The notes below the pieces were generated by a model. That model ran no database searches and had not been told where the DNA came from. It was given only the letters and a program-made list of their open reading frames with translations. 64,000 nucleotides of DNA from Paludibacteraceae bacterium. Lineage in GTDB: Bacteria > Bacteroidota > Bacteroidia > Bacteroidales > Paludibacteraceae. The first letter of the stretch is position 1, and each line of letters begins with the position of its first letter. A program made the translations under genes and the position numbers. The stretch is from positions 1,894 through 65,893 of the forward strand of contig JAKSLA010000011.1 in NCBI GenBank assembly GCA_024401455.1. Direction: 5' to 3'. This document shows, in pieces, positions 27,992 to 38,485 of the stretch.

Positions 27992-30900
27992 TTATGCATT
28001 GTTGGACTTCGAAGGAGGTATGCCGAACAGTGTCTTGAACTTTTTGCTGAAATAGTGAGGGTCGTTGAACCCGACTTCGTAAGCGATTTCGCTGATGTTC
28101 ATGTCCGAATTCTCTAAAAGGTATTTTGCCTTGTGGAGACGGTATTCGTTGATGAGGGTGTTGGATGTTTTTCCCGTCAACATCTTCAACTTTCGGTTGA
28201 GGGTGGACTGGCTCATCTCCAAGTCGGCGCAGATGTCATCGATGGAGAAGTTGGAATCTTTATATCTGTTTTCGATGGAGGCCATGATGCGCTCCAGCAT
28301 CGGACTGATGATTGTCTTGTCTGGCGTTTCTTCCGATGATTCGCCTTTGGAGATGTTTTCCATTTGTTGTGCAAGGATCATCTTGGTCTGCGCTTGCTGT
28401 GTCATTAGTATATTGCAGAGCTTTATCAAAAGTTCGTCGTCAACAAATGGCTTGGAGAGGTAGTCGATGGCTCCACTGAGGAGGCCGTTCAAACGGTCGG
28501 CGTCTGAGTTCCGAGCCGAAAGGAATAGGAATGGAATGGAGGCCGTCTCCTCTTGGCTGTGGATGTTCTTGGCGAACGCGATTCCATCCATTACGGGCAT
28601 CTCTACGTCGCTTAAGATGATGTCGGGTCTGTTTTGATTGATGATTTCAAGGGCCTCGGCTCCGTTGCTTGCTTCTGTTACAATCATGAATTGTTCCAAA
28701 AGTTTGCGTATGTGTAATCGGATGAGAGAGTCGTCTTCTACGATGAGAATGCTTGTTTCGTCCAACAGACTGAAGTTGAGGTCTTCCAGCCTATTGATTT
28801 TCTCTGCTCTCTTTTCTTCGCGTTCTTTAACCAAATCAATGGCCATCGGCATCTTGATGGTGAAGTTGGTGCCTTTGCCCTTTTCGCTTTCTATCGTCAT
28901 TTCAGACTTCATAAGGTCTAACAGTTGCTTGCAAGCCTTAAGTCCCAATCCGGTTCCTTTTTCGTTGTTCGTGCCAAGGGTGCTTTCTCCGCTGAATATC
29001 TTTTGTTTTTGTTCTTCGCTCATGCCTACACCGTTGTCGTGGACGGATACGAAGATGTGGCCTTCGTCCTCCCACGCTTTGATGTCGATGTTGCCATCGT
29101 TAGGGGTAAACTTGATGGCGTTGGCTATCAAGTTTCGGATGACTACCGCTATCATTCTTGGATCGACGAATGCCTTTGATTGGACCTCGTTGGAGAATGT
29201 GAGTTTAAGCGACTTTTCTGCCGATAGGTTTTTGAAAAACGAAATGTTGTCCTTGATGATGAGCGGAATGGTTGTCTCCATCGGGAGATAAGGCATCTCC
29301 TCGTTTTGCGCCGTGGCCCATTGGAGCAACTTAGACAACTCTGTTTGTAGCGATTTTGCGCTTTCGGCAACGTCAGCAATGATTTTTCTCTTTTGCTCGT
29401 CGCTGATGGATGTGGCGTCTTTGGATAATCTGTCCATGGCACTTGCAATTCCGAACATCGGATTTTTTAGGTCGTGTGCGATGATTGATAGAATCCTGTC
29501 CTTGCTGCTCAATGCGTTGCTCAACTCCTCGTTTTTCATCTCGATCAATATCTGATTCTCTTTCAAGAAGTTGTTTTGCTGCGTAATCTCTTGATTGGCT
29601 TCGTTCAATTCTTTCGTACGCTCCATTACCTTCTGCTCGAGGATTTTTTTCTGTTTGGTGATGCGCTTGATGCGGTGACTGAGTCCTATGGCAATCAGAG
29701 AGCCTATGAATAGTAGCAGAAGTGCCCTGAACCACCAAGTCTCCCACCAAGGTGGAAGGACGGTGATGTGGAGAGAAATCGTTTTCACATCATTGGGAAG
29801 GTCAGGCTTGTAGGCTCTCAATTCCAGGGTGTATTCGCCCGAAGGAATGTAGGAGAAATTAATTTTGTGGTTGGATTCGACACGAGTCCATTTGTCGTTG
29901 AGCCCGATTAGTCGGTAGTCGCACAAAGCCTTGAAGCCGGAGTAGTTGATGATGTCTATGTTGAACTCGATTTCCGTCTCGTCGTGGTTGAGGGTTATGC
30001 TTTGCGTGTTGGATATGCTGCCGTTGGGCAGTATTCTGCCGAATGTCTCTGGCCTTGCCCCGGAGATAAAGATGTCAGAGATGGCAAAATGTCTGATTGT
30101 ATTGTTCTCGTCGTTTTGAGATGGGTCGAAGGCTAAAAATCCATCGTTGCACCCGAAGAAAAGGCGGCCGTTCGAATCGCAAAATCCGGAACGGAGCGAG
30201 AAGTAGTTGGCCCCCTTGTCCGAGAAGTCGCTGGCGTAAGGCTTGCAAGTATTCTCTTTGGTGTCAATGGCCAGAATGCCGTTGGAACCGCTGGTGTATA
30301 AGATGCCGTCCTTTCCGATGCAGATGGATCCGTATTCTCCTTCGGGAACGTAGTTGAGTGTATCACAATGGTAGCCGTCGGCAGAGTAGCGTAGGATGTA
30401 TTTGCTTGTGGCGGCGAAAAGTTGCCCATCTTGGTCGCATACTGCGTCGTAAATGGCCAATGGGTTGTGCTTGTCCTTGTTAGGCGTGGAGAACAGGACG
30501 GGGCGCATCTCTGCACAGCGGCAGCGCCAAATGGCTCTGGGGGTCAGTACCCACCGGCTGTCGCTTCTACCTTCTACCACTTTGTAAACCCATTTTTCCG
30601 ATTCGGTGTTAGGTGCGTTTGGAAGTCTCTTTTGCCATTGGCCGTTTGTGTTTCGGACGTATATGCCGTCACCTGCCGTGCCGACCCAGACTTCACCGTT
30701 TTTCATGACTGTCGCGGAGAAGAAGCAATTGAGTTTGGTCCGTAATCCGTCAAAGGTGCATGGCGTGATGGTTTGTTTGTTGGCGTCGTAAGTGTAGATG
30801 CCGCCTCCCCATGTGGCGATCCAGAATGTTCCTTTCTGGTCGTTGGCGATGTTTACGACGTTTTTATTGTCCGTGTCGATGTTTTTTGACTGGGAAAAGT

Positions 30901-32050
30901 CAAGAGAAGAGAGTGTCAGTCCGCCACCGTCTGAAGCGATGAGTAGTTCGCCTTTGCTGGTCTCGTCAAAGTCACAACAAGAGGAGTGAGGGTATCTAAC
31001 GTCAGCAGAAGTGATGAGTCCATAACTGTCCTTCCTTTTGTATTTCCAAAGACCTGAGTTTTTTGTCCCCGCCCAAATGTTGCCTTCGTAGTCTTCTGCA
31101 ATAGCATAAACTTTGTCGAAAGTGTTTTTCTCGGCCTCGTAGGGGATGATTTTTGTGAAGTCGTTTACGTTTTGTGGAATCTTGTCGGAAAACCAAAGTC
31201 CGTTTCCGTCGGAGGCGAACCAGTAGTTGCCGAACCTGTCGCGCAACAAGCCCGAAATGTTATAGAATGGCGTCTTCAAAGAACTCGTTTGCGAGATTTC
31301 CCCGTCTGCATTGATGTTGAAATAGAATATGATGTCGGAGAAACTGGATGCGAGTAGGGTGGAGTCGTTCATCGGATAGAGTTGGGAGATGAACATCTGC
31401 TTGTGTTCGTCGGCCAAATCGAATTTTCGGATGAAAGTTCCCTCTTTGGAGAAGATGTGTAGTGTGTTGTGGGAGCAAGCCCAGAAACGCTCCATTTTGT
31501 CAATGTGTAGGGAGCGAATGGAAAGGTCTGACATGGCGTTGAATGCGGGAAAGTTGTTGGAAAACCGCTCCGCCTTTTTGTCGTAGATGTAAATGCCTTT
31601 TGTTGTACAGACGTAGATGTCGCCATTGGGGGCGTGATAGAAACCGGCTATTTCTTTATGTCCGGTTGAGTCGTTGAAAGACAAGGACAAGTCTTCGAAG
31701 AGATCCGTCTTTTCGTTGTATTGGACGAGCATGCCCAGGTATCCGCCGATGATGACTTTCCCATTGGAGAGAGACGTTATGTTTTTGCCATCGTTTCGGA
31801 ATAGGCTGGGGTAGTCTTTGATTTGGAACAACTTAAATGTGGATCCATCGAAGCGGTTCAGACCGCATAGCGTGCTTGCCCAAATATGGCCGAATGAGTC
31901 GGAGGAAATGGCAAGTACGTAGTCGGACGAGAGTCCGTCTTTGACGGTGAAATGGTCGAAACGAGCCATTTTCTGTTTTTGGGCCATGCCCGAGGCAAGA
32001 GATGCCCACCCCAAACAGATTACTAAAAATATTTTGAGTAAACAATTCAT
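27992..32050 (-). CDS. Hybrid two-component system sensor kinase/response regulator with AraC-type HTH output (HTCS)
   Basis: It has periplasmic beta-propeller/Y_Y_Y-type repeats, a TM helix, HisKA (SIIAHDLKNPM), HATPase (GTGLGL), a receiver domain (ILIVEDD...SDVEMPVMDG) and AraC HTH (ISEIAYEVGFNDPHYFSKKFK). I prefer the MNCLLKIFLVICLGW start (32050) to the track start (32242). Confidence 0.92.
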   Translation of the reverse strand: MNCLLKIFLVICLGWASLASGMAQKQKMARFDHFTVKDGLSSDYVLAISSDSFGHIWASTLCGLNRFDGSTFKLFQIKDYPSLFRNDGKNITSLSNGKVIIGGYLGMLVQYNEKTDLFEDLSLSFNDSTGHKEIAGFYHAPNGDIYVCTTKGIYIYDKKAERFSNNFPAFNAMSDLSIRSLHIDKMERFWACSHNTLHIFSKEGTFIRKFDLADEHKQMFISQLYPMNDSTLLASSFSDIIFYFNINADGEISQTSSLKTPFYNISGLLRDRFGNYWFASDGNGLWFSDKIPQNVNDFTKIIPYEAEKNTFDKVYAIAEDYEGNIWAGTKNSGLWKYKRKDSYGLITSADVRYPHSSCCDFDETSKGELLIASDGGGLTLSSLDFSQSKNIDTDNKNVVNIANDQKGTFWIATWGGGIYTYDANKQTITPCTFDGLRTKLNCFFSATVMKNGEVWVGTAGDGIYVRNTNGQWQKRLPNAPNTESEKWVYKVVEGRSDSRWVLTPRAIWRCRCAEMRPVLFSTPNKDKHNPLAIYDAVCDQDGQLFAATSKYILRYSADGYHCDTLNYVPEGEYGSICIGKDGILYTSGSNGILAIDTKENTCKPYASDFSDKGANYFSLRSGFCDSNGRLFFGCNDGFLAFDPSQNDENNTIRHFAISDIFISGARPETFGRILPNGSISNTQSITLNHDETEIEFNIDIINYSGFKALCDYRLIGLNDKWTRVESNHKINFSYIPSGEYTLELRAYKPDLPNDVKTISLHITVLPPWWETWWFRALLLLFIGSLIAIGLSHRIKRITKQKKILEQKVMERTKELNEANQEITQQNNFLKENQILIEMKNEELSNALSSKDRILSIIAHDLKNPMFGIASAMDRLSKDATSISDEQKRKIIADVAESAKSLQTELSKLLQWATAQNEEMPYLPMETTIPLIIKDNISFFKNLSAEKSLKLTFSNEVQSKAFVDPRMIAVVIRNLIANAIKFTPNDGNIDIKAWEDEGHIFVSVHDNGVGMSEEQKQKIFSGESTLGTNNEKGTGLGLKACKQLLDLMKSEMTIESEKGKGTNFTIKMPMAIDLVKEREEKRAEKINRLEDLNFSLLDETSILIVEDDSLIRLHIRKLLEQFMIVTEASNGAEALEIINQNRPDIILSDVEMPVMDGIAFAKNIHSQEETASIPFLFLSARNSDADRLNGLLSGAIDYLSKPFVDDELLIKLCNILMTQQAQTKMILAQQMENISKGESSEETPDKTIISPMLERIMASIENRYKDSNFSIDDICADLEMSQSTLNRKLKMLTGKTSNTLINEYRLHKAKYLLENSDMNISEIAYEVGFNDPHYFSKKFKTLFGIPPSKSNNA

Positions 32051-32463
32051 GTTCAAATATTTGTCGTTCTTGGGGAGCGAATTGTATGGGTTAATATGTG
32101 ATGCAATACAATCTCGCTCTTTTGAAAACTCTTTAAAAATCAGAAAGCAACCAATGTGCGAAACATACCTGTTTTCGAGATATTGGGTAAAAATACGTTT
32201 TTTTTCGTGGAAATACAAAGGGATTTTGGGGTAAAAAGCCATTGCTCCTACGAAAAATGGTAGATTCTTGATAGAGGGAATGTTAAGGCATGGTTTTTGT
32301 TTGAATTATTAAAGGGGAAGGTGAAACCCCTGGCTCGTCTTTTAGAATGCAAGGTCTGTCAATAAATAAGCGTAAATGCTTGAAATTTATGATGAATAAT
32401 GGCTTGTTTTTCTATAAAAATGATGATATTTGCAGTTGGGATTTTATTTGAAATATATATAAT

Positions 32464-32955
32464 ATGATTAATCGTTTATTGAAGTCAGTCGTGTTGGGCG
32501 TTTTGTTTGCCTCTTCTTTTGAGGCAATGGCGCAGACAGCAGTATTGGTTAATTTGAATGGAGTCGATGAAGAAAAGAAGTACGTTGTAGAAGAAAACGG
32601 AAAGATTTTTTTCTCGGACAATAAGATGTTTATTGAACAGATGGCGTCAAATGCACCCGTTTCCTTTGATTTGAGTGCTATCGCAAAAGTGCGTTTCCAA
32701 CCTGCTTCTAATGTAGGGGTAGAATCAATTTTCTCTGATGGAGGGGAACTTTTCCTTTATCCTAATCCGGCTACAGACCAGATTTTCTTGGCAAATGTTT
32801 CTGAAAAGACGGCGGTAAGCATCTTTTCCATTGATGGAGCATTGGTGAAGAAGGCAGTTTGTTCTCAAAAAAATGGCATTTCAGTTGCTGACTTGTCAAA
32901 CGGATTCTATTTAGTTAAGGTTGGTAATCAAACATTCAAATTAGAGAAGAAATGA
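32464..32955 (+). CDS. Small secreted protein with a T9SS C-terminal sorting domain
   Basis: 163 aa with a signal peptide. C-terminus LYPNPATDQIFL...GFYLVKVGNQTFKLEKK. Confidence 0.7.
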   Translation: MINRLLKSVVLGVLFASSFEAMAQTAVLVNLNGVDEEKKYVVEENGKIFFSDNKMFIEQMASNAPVSFDLSAIAKVRFQPASNVGVESIFSDGGELFLYPNPATDQIFLANVSEKTAVSIFSIDGALVKKAVCSQKNGISVADLSNGFYLVKVGNQTFKLEKK

Positions 32956-34361
32956 AAAGAATCGCTTCCTTGCTTTTCGCAAGTTTATTTTCTTTAGGTG
33001 CTTTTGCTGAACAACGAATGACGTTTCATTCCGCAAGCAATGGCGATGTCGTTTATTCTGTTTTCAATTGTAAGGATATTAGATTGAGCGGCGGTAAGGC
33101 TTTGGTAGAGGCCAAGGACGGAAGTGTGATGGGGGATGCTTTAAATTTCCAAGCATTGGATAGTTTGACATTTGCAGATCCTATTTCGTCAGACAAAGTA
33201 CAAATACTTTATGCTGGCGATACGGTTGAGATTATCAATCCTTATGCCGGCAAGGGCGTTGAGGTGAAGGCGAATGGCGCTAATGTCTCAATCGTTTCAA
33301 CGACGGATAAATATATAACATACTATTTGAAAGGTACGTCAATGGATGGTTCGCTTGACGTCACTCCGTCTGCAAAGTTTGCTTTGTATATGGATGGTTT
33401 GGTGTTGGCGAATATGGATGGTTCGGCTATCCGTATCTTGGAAGATTACCGTGCTAACATCATATTGGCCGATTGCTCTAAAAATGCTTTGGTCGCTTCT
33501 TGCGATACGATCAATAATGCAGCTCTTTGGGCAAAAACGCAGGTGGTATTCTGTGGTGAGGTGGATGAGAATGGTGATGAAATCGTAGGCGGCGACAATG
33601 GTACTGGTCACTTGGGCATCAGCACTATGGCAGGTCATGGCATTTATAGCAAGGACTATGTGAGAGTGAAGACTGGTGAGATTGTTCTTACGGACGTGGC
33701 TGGCGATGGTATCAATACGAAAGACTATTTCCGTTTGGATGGTGGTTCCGTTTCTATCGAGGCTAAGGGTGATGGTATCGACTGCAATGATCAAATCTAT
33801 ATCAATGGCGGTACGTTGAAGGTGACTTCTGCTTCGAACGGTGTTAAGGCGTTGAAGTGCGATAGCGTTATCGAAATCAAGGGTGGTGACATTGACATCG
33901 CAATGTCTGGTAATGGAGCAAGAGCCATCAAGAACGAGTTTGAAGACATTATCATCTCAGATGCTAAGCTTAAAATCGTTATGACGGGTAGTTTGCTTCA
34001 AGAGTCAGATGGTCCTACTTATGTGACGGGTATCAAGACTGAACAATTTGTAAGATTGATGGACGGTGCCGACGTTGACATCACTTGTGGTTCAAAGGCA
34101 ACTGCCTGCAAGGGTATTAATGCAACATCTGGAATTCAGATTTCAGGCGCAAAAGTCATTGTCGAAGTAGATGGTTTGAAGGATTATGAGGCTGAGTCGG
34201 GCGGTAAAGTGGCTGGCTTGAAGACAGACGGTAATATCACCATCTCAAACTCTTCGGTTGTTATCGTAGCAGAAAACTTGGAAGAGAGCGGCGTGAAGGC
34301 CATCAACTGTTCTAATAAGGACGAACTTACGGGCGTTTACGAAGAACGTGTTTCGAGATAA
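32952..34361 (+). CDS. Secreted beta-helix-like protein (carbohydrate-binding Cthe_2159-like family)
   Basis: 469 aa with a signal peptide. Repeated GDGI(N/D)..D...I.GG..V units. It overlaps the upstream gene by 4 nt. Family assigned from memory. Confidence 0.5.
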   Translation: MKRIASLLFASLFSLGAFAEQRMTFHSASNGDVVYSVFNCKDIRLSGGKALVEAKDGSVMGDALNFQALDSLTFADPISSDKVQILYAGDTVEIINPYAGKGVEVKANGANVSIVSTTDKYITYYLKGTSMDGSLDVTPSAKFALYMDGLVLANMDGSAIRILEDYRANIILADCSKNALVASCDTINNAALWAKTQVVFCGEVDENGDEIVGGDNGTGHLGISTMAGHGIYSKDYVRVKTGEIVLTDVAGDGINTKDYFRLDGGSVSIEAKGDGIDCNDQIYINGGTLKVTSASNGVKALKCDSVIEIKGGDIDIAMSGNGARAIKNEFEDIIISDAKLKIVMTGSLLQESDGPTYVTGIKTEQFVRLMDGADVDITCGSKATACKGINATSGIQISGAKVIVEVDGLKDYEAESGGKVAGLKTDGNITISNSSVVIVAENLEESGVKAINCSNKDELTGVYEERVSR

Positions 34362-34366
34362 TATGT

Positions 34367-34402
34367 AGGGGCGACCCTTGTGGTCGCCCCTTTCTTTTTT
34401 TT
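34367..34402 (+). terminator. Rho-independent terminator
   Basis: 10-bp stem AGGGGCGACC / GGTCGCCCCT with loop CTTGT, followed by a T-run. Confidence 0.8.
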
Positions 34403-34476
34403 GAGGTCGCCTTTTTCTTTTTTTGAGGTCGCCCTTTTTCTTTTTTTTGTGGTCGCCCTTTTCTTCCGCCTTTTTT
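34382..34476. repeat. Four tandem copies (~22-24-nt period) of the terminator 3' arm plus T-run
   Basis: GGTCGCC(C)(C)-T/C-rich run repeated at 34382, 34405, 34427 and 34451. Confidence 0.85.
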
Positions 34477-34509
34477 GTTCTCTTCTTGTTTCTGTTTTCC
34501 CTTCTTCTT

Positions 34510-35571
34510 TTATTTAATAGTTACCATGGTTGCACCAAATCCGTATTCGCGGAAAGAGGCATCTTGGTATGTGCAACTGCCGTATTTGGATTTGAGTTGT
34601 TTGATGATTTCGTTACGAAGCACACCCTCGCCTTTGCCGTGTATGAAGACAATCTTTTGACCTTTTCGGCTCATGTTTTCTTGCATTGTCTCGTTGAATT
34701 TTGAAAGTTGGTACTCCAACATATCCGCATTGCTGAGTCCGTTTAGATTGTCCAACAATTGACCGATGTGGAGGTCAATCTCGATGATGTCAGGGACGTT
34801 TTGCTTCTTTGAAACCTTGGCCGTGAATTTTGTCTCCTTGCTGCTGATGATTCTTTCCAAATCCTCTTCCTTGACTTCATCCTTTCCGTAAGCGACATCG
34901 TCTTTGATGACTTCGCAGAGAAGGGCGGCATCGTCGAAGAAGTCGTTGTCCACAAAACTGTGGAGTTTGTAGAATTTCACCGCGTTGATTTTTATATCTA
35001 CATTGTAGGTCGGCTTGATGCTGTACGACTTGCTTTGTTTCAAGGCGATGATTTGGATGTTGAGTTGCTCAATGTCGTTGAGTTGTTCTTTTTTCAACTC
35101 TTCGATAAAGATTTTGGTATTGGGTTGAATATATCCAGCCGAACGGCTCATGGCAATCTTCCCATTGCTTGATGCGATGTTGTAAGCGAGATAGTAGTTG
35201 CTGTCGTTGATGAGGTAAGCCTCGTATGAGGTGAATGACAGTTGCTTGATGTCCATCGGTACGAAGGCCAAGTGAACATTGAGTTTTTCGCCCTCGGCGG
35301 TCTCTTGTGGCTTGTATTCTTCTTCGTCATCCTCGTCTTTGGGAAGTTCTGGTTTTTTCTCCTCCAACTTCATCTTGCTTGGATCCTTGCGCTTTTCTTG
35401 CGTGTGGATGGTATTCTCCGTCTCAACAACGACACATTCACGGATGAGGGTTGGCATTCCGAATCCATCTTCATCTTCAACCTCCACCATCTCCTTGTTG
35501 ATGAACTTTTTCACTACGCCGCCTCCTGTGCTGTTGAGGAAGCGAACTCTATCTCCTATTTTTATTCCCAT
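34510..35571 (-). CDS. Smr (MutS2 C-terminal-like) domain protein, DUF2027-type N-terminus
   Basis: 353 aa. C-terminal Smr pattern IIEIDLHIGQLL...IVFIHGKGEGVLRNEIIKQLK. Confidence 0.75.
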   Translation of the reverse strand: MGIKIGDRVRFLNSTGGGVVKKFINKEMVEVEDEDGFGMPTLIRECVVVETENTIHTQEKRKDPSKMKLEEKKPELPKDEDDEEEYKPQETAEGEKLNVHLAFVPMDIKQLSFTSYEAYLINDSNYYLAYNIASSNGKIAMSRSAGYIQPNTKIFIEELKKEQLNDIEQLNIQIIALKQSKSYSIKPTYNVDIKINAVKFYKLHSFVDNDFFDDAALLCEVIKDDVAYGKDEVKEEDLERIISSKETKFTAKVSKKQNVPDIIEIDLHIGQLLDNLNGLSNADMLEYQLSKFNETMQENMSRKGQKIVFIHGKGEGVLRNEIIKQLKSKYGSCTYQDASFREYGFGATMVTIK

Positions 35572-35779
35572 GATTTTTTGGTTTTGTTTTTTTATCTTCT
35601 ATATGAAAATCTGTTTAAAATTTTACGGGAGAAATTTTATTGTACTTCTTTCAAAATCGATCAAACTATCCTGAAACTCTCCAATAAAAAATAAACACTT
35701 GAATTGTCAAAAGGAGGAAATGACAATGGATTTTTCTTGCGGGGGCCTCCTCTTGGTCATTATATTTTCCTTGTCCCTA

Positions 35780-35812
35780 TTTGCCATTATCCCACAAAGT
35801 TCACTATTTTTG
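35780..35812 (+). promoter_or_regulatory. Candidate Bacteroidetes sigma-A promoter for queA
   Basis: TTTG (35780-35783) and TATTTTTG (35805-35812, which fits TAnnTTTG) are separated by 21 nt. The element lies 34 nt upstream of the queA ATG. This fits the published Bacteroides -33/-7 consensus. Confidence 0.5.
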
Positions 35813-35845
35813 TGCATAAATTGAATTAAAGATAGGTTAAATACG

Positions 35846-37069
35846 ATGCAAGAGACGAAAAAAATATCGATGGAGGCGTATAACTACGAACTTCCGGACG
35901 AACGGATAGCCAAATTCCCTTTGGAGAAGCGAGACGAATCCAAGTTGTTGCTTTACGAGAATGGGGCTATATCTCATACGGTATTTAAGAACATTGCTGA
36001 CTATTTGCCAGAGGGGTCACTCATCGTATTCAATAATACTCGAGTGATTCAGGCCCGCCTTCTTTTCCAAAAGGAGACGGGAGCCCAGATAGAGGTCTTC
36101 TGCCTGGAGCCTCATGCTCCGTCCGATTATGTTTTGGCGTTTCAAGCCACGGGGTCTTGTGTGTGGAAATGCTTGGTTGGGAATGCAAAGCGTTGGAAGC
36201 AGGGGACCATTTCAAAGACATTCGTCGTGAGAGGGAAGGAGGTCGTGCTTTCGGCTCAACGATTAGGCGAGGCCGATGGTGGCGCTTTTTTCGTAGAGTT
36301 TTCTTGGAATGATACATCGGTTTCTTATGCCGATATTTTGGACGCGGCGGGACAATTGCCTATTCCGCCTTATTTGCATCGTGATACTTGCGAACGAGAC
36401 AAGGAGACCTATCAGACTATCTATTCGAAGATCAAGGGCTCAGTAGCCGCGCCTACAGCAGGCCTTCATTTTACAGAGGCTGTCTTTGAGTCATTGACGC
36501 CTAAGAAGATAGAACGAGCAGAGGTGACATTGCATGTAGGGGCGGGTACATTCAAGCCTGTCAAGTCGGAAACGATAGGAGAACATGAAATGCACTCTGA
36601 GTTCATTATCGTAAAGCGAGCGGTGATAGAGCGTTTGATAGAAAATGGTTGCCAAGCGGTGGCTGTCGGAACAACTTCAGTCCGCACGTTGGAGAGCCTT
36701 TACTATGTGGGTGTTCTCCTTTCGGACAAGAATTGGGCGGCTGATAGGGCTCTGAAGGTAAATCAATGGATGCCTTACGAAACGGAAACGACTATCACGG
36801 CAGAAGAGTCGTTGCGTACGATTTTGGCTTATCTGGATGCCAATGGCATGGAGGAAGTGAAGGCTGATACGCAGATTATCATCGTGCCGGGATATCAGTT
36901 CAAAATAGTGAAGTTCATTGTGACGAATTTCCACCAACCACAGAGTACGTTGTTGCTCTTGATTTCTGCTTATGTGGGGGAGGATTGGCGTCGCATTTAT
37001 TCTTATGCTATGGAAAATGGATTTCGCTTCTTGAGTTATGGTGATAGTTCTTTGTTGAGGGTTTATTAA
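35846..37069 (+). CDS. queA: S-adenosylmethionine:tRNA ribosyltransferase-isomerase
   Basis: 407 aa. Motifs YELPDERIAKFP, IPPYL, YQTIYS, VAAPTAGLHFT, TLHVGAGTF and VGTTSVRTLES. Confidence 0.9.
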   Translation: MQETKKISMEAYNYELPDERIAKFPLEKRDESKLLLYENGAISHTVFKNIADYLPEGSLIVFNNTRVIQARLLFQKETGAQIEVFCLEPHAPSDYVLAFQATGSCVWKCLVGNAKRWKQGTISKTFVVRGKEVVLSAQRLGEADGGAFFVEFSWNDTSVSYADILDAAGQLPIPPYLHRDTCERDKETYQTIYSKIKGSVAAPTAGLHFTEAVFESLTPKKIERAEVTLHVGAGTFKPVKSETIGEHEMHSEFIIVKRAVIERLIENGCQAVAVGTTSVRTLESLYYVGVLLSDKNWAADRALKVNQWMPYETETTITAEESLRTILAYLDANGMEEVKADTQIIIVPGYQFKIVKFIVTNFHQPQSTLLLLISAYVGEDWRRIYSYAMENGFRFLSYGDSSLLRVY

Positions 37070-37128
37070 CCACCGGGGGTAATGTTTCTAAAAAGGTTGA
37101 TTAAAAATAAATATATATTAGTTTAGTT

Positions 37129-37965
37129 ATGGAAATAGAAAATGCTTTGATTAAAGAGCGTGCTCTTGCTATTTTGAATGGCCATTGGGGAAATGCGGCG
37201 TTGACTACTTTGGTCAGTGTGTTGCTCTCATCGGTTGTTGGAGCTGTTCTTAATGCGCTCGGTTTAGGAATTGTTAGTGTAGTGTTGATTGACTTGCCTC
37301 TCGGATTTGGTTTTACTCTTGTCTTTAATCATTTGATGAAAACGGGCGATGGTGAGAGAATGGTGCAGCGAATGTTTAATATCGCTTATGGTGATTTTTC
37401 GCGCTCTCTTGCGGTCTCTGTTTTGCAAGCTGTATTTAATTTTTTGTGGTTTTTGCTTTTAATTATTCCGGGAATCATCAAAATGTATTCTTATGCAATG
37501 ACTTACTATATTGCTGAAGATTATCCCGAATTGGATGCTAATAAATGTATCGACAAGAGTAAGGAAATGATGGATGGATATAAGTTTGATCTATTTCTCC
37601 TGCATCTTAGTTTTCTTGGTTGGGCCTTGCTTTGTATTCTCACATTGGGTATAGGTGCTCTTTGGTTAAGACCGTATATTGCCACTTCGGAAGTGGTTTT
37701 CTATGAGCGATTGAAGGAAATAAAAGGCATAGGAAAAAAGGAGGATCCGGTAAACGATGGTCCGAAGAAATCACGAACGGAGGAACTTTTGGAGCAGAAA
37801 GGACAGGTAGCGGACGATAATTCTATGTCGGCAATTTCAAACTCGATAAACTCTTTGGAGAATTTGGCAAAAGAGGTTGAGGCAGAAGCAAACGGTCAAG
37901 ATTCGGAAAATGTCGGCGCGTCGTCTTCTGATGATCCTTATGACCGATGGAAACCTAAAATGTAG
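37129..37965 (+). CDS. DUF975-family integral membrane protein
   Basis: 278 aa. N-terminus ...LNGHWGNAALTTLV and multiple TM segments. Confidence 0.65.
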   Translation: MEIENALIKERALAILNGHWGNAALTTLVSVLLSSVVGAVLNALGLGIVSVVLIDLPLGFGFTLVFNHLMKTGDGERMVQRMFNIAYGDFSRSLAVSVLQAVFNFLWFLLLIIPGIIKMYSYAMTYYIAEDYPELDANKCIDKSKEMMDGYKFDLFLLHLSFLGWALLCILTLGIGALWLRPYIATSEVVFYERLKEIKGIGKKEDPVNDGPKKSRTEELLEQKGQVADDNSMSAISNSINSLENLAKEVEAEANGQDSENVGASSSDDPYDRWKPKM

Positions 37966-37989
37966 TAGTCGATTGTTTAGAAAGGTGTA

Positions 37990-38020
37990 GAGGCGTCCCC
38001 ATGGGGCGTCTCTTTTTTTT
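37990..38020 (+). terminator. Rho-independent terminator
   Basis: GAGGCGTCCCC / GGGGCGTCTC imperfect stem followed by T8. Confidence 0.65.
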
Positions 38021-38032
38021 GAGAAAAACGGC

Positions 38033-38464
38033 TTATGCTTTCTTCTTGGAATAGTGCCTTGCTAAAAAGTAGCCGGCCAAGCAACCTGCCGAGTTGGCTA
38101 TGATGTCGCTCCATTCGAAGGCTCGGGGAGGGAAAAAGTATTTTTGTACAAGTTCCATTGAAACACCAAAGAGGATAGGACCTAAAATGCTGAGTGTGGC
38201 TTGAACCTTGGCGGAAAGGCGGCAACTCTTTTTTAAGTCGAAAAATAGTGCAAATGCCAAAAGCATATAAAAACAGCAGTGGCCGATCGTGTCTCTGCAG
38301 AAAGTGAGCGAGATGAGTTCTTCTCCAGATGGCGTGTGTACGATGTCGTTTGTATAGTCAATGGTGATGGCTTCGGGCATACTCTCGATTGTGCTTAAAT
38401 AGAAGATGACGGAAGCGACTATAGGCGAGAACCATATTTTATTTGCAATGCCTGTTAGTTTCAT
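38033..38464 (-). CDS. VanZ-family membrane protein
   Basis: 143 aa with 4 hydrophobic segments and C-terminal WSDIIANSAGCLAGY. Confidence 0.6.
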   Translation of the reverse strand: MKLTGIANKIWFSPIVASVIFYLSTIESMPEAITIDYTNDIVHTPSGEELISLTFCRDTIGHCCFYMLLAFALFFDLKKSCRLSAKVQATLSILGPILFGVSMELVQKYFFPPRAFEWSDIIANSAGCLAGYFLARHYSKKKA

Positions 38465-38485
38465 TTTGTATGAGTGTGATTACCG

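Noticed and set aside
32051-32242. N-terminal 64-codon extension of the HTCS ORF; similar extensions at 50592-50765, 26451-26537 and 59292-59372
   Set aside because: The extensions lack signal or TM logic, while an internal Met gives a canonical signal peptide or family-typical N-terminus. The 50592-50765 extension only translates the tandem repeat.
34423-34704. 93-aa ORF MRSPFFFFLWSPF...
   Set aside because: It is a translation of the T-rich reiterated terminator region and runs antisense into the Smr gene.
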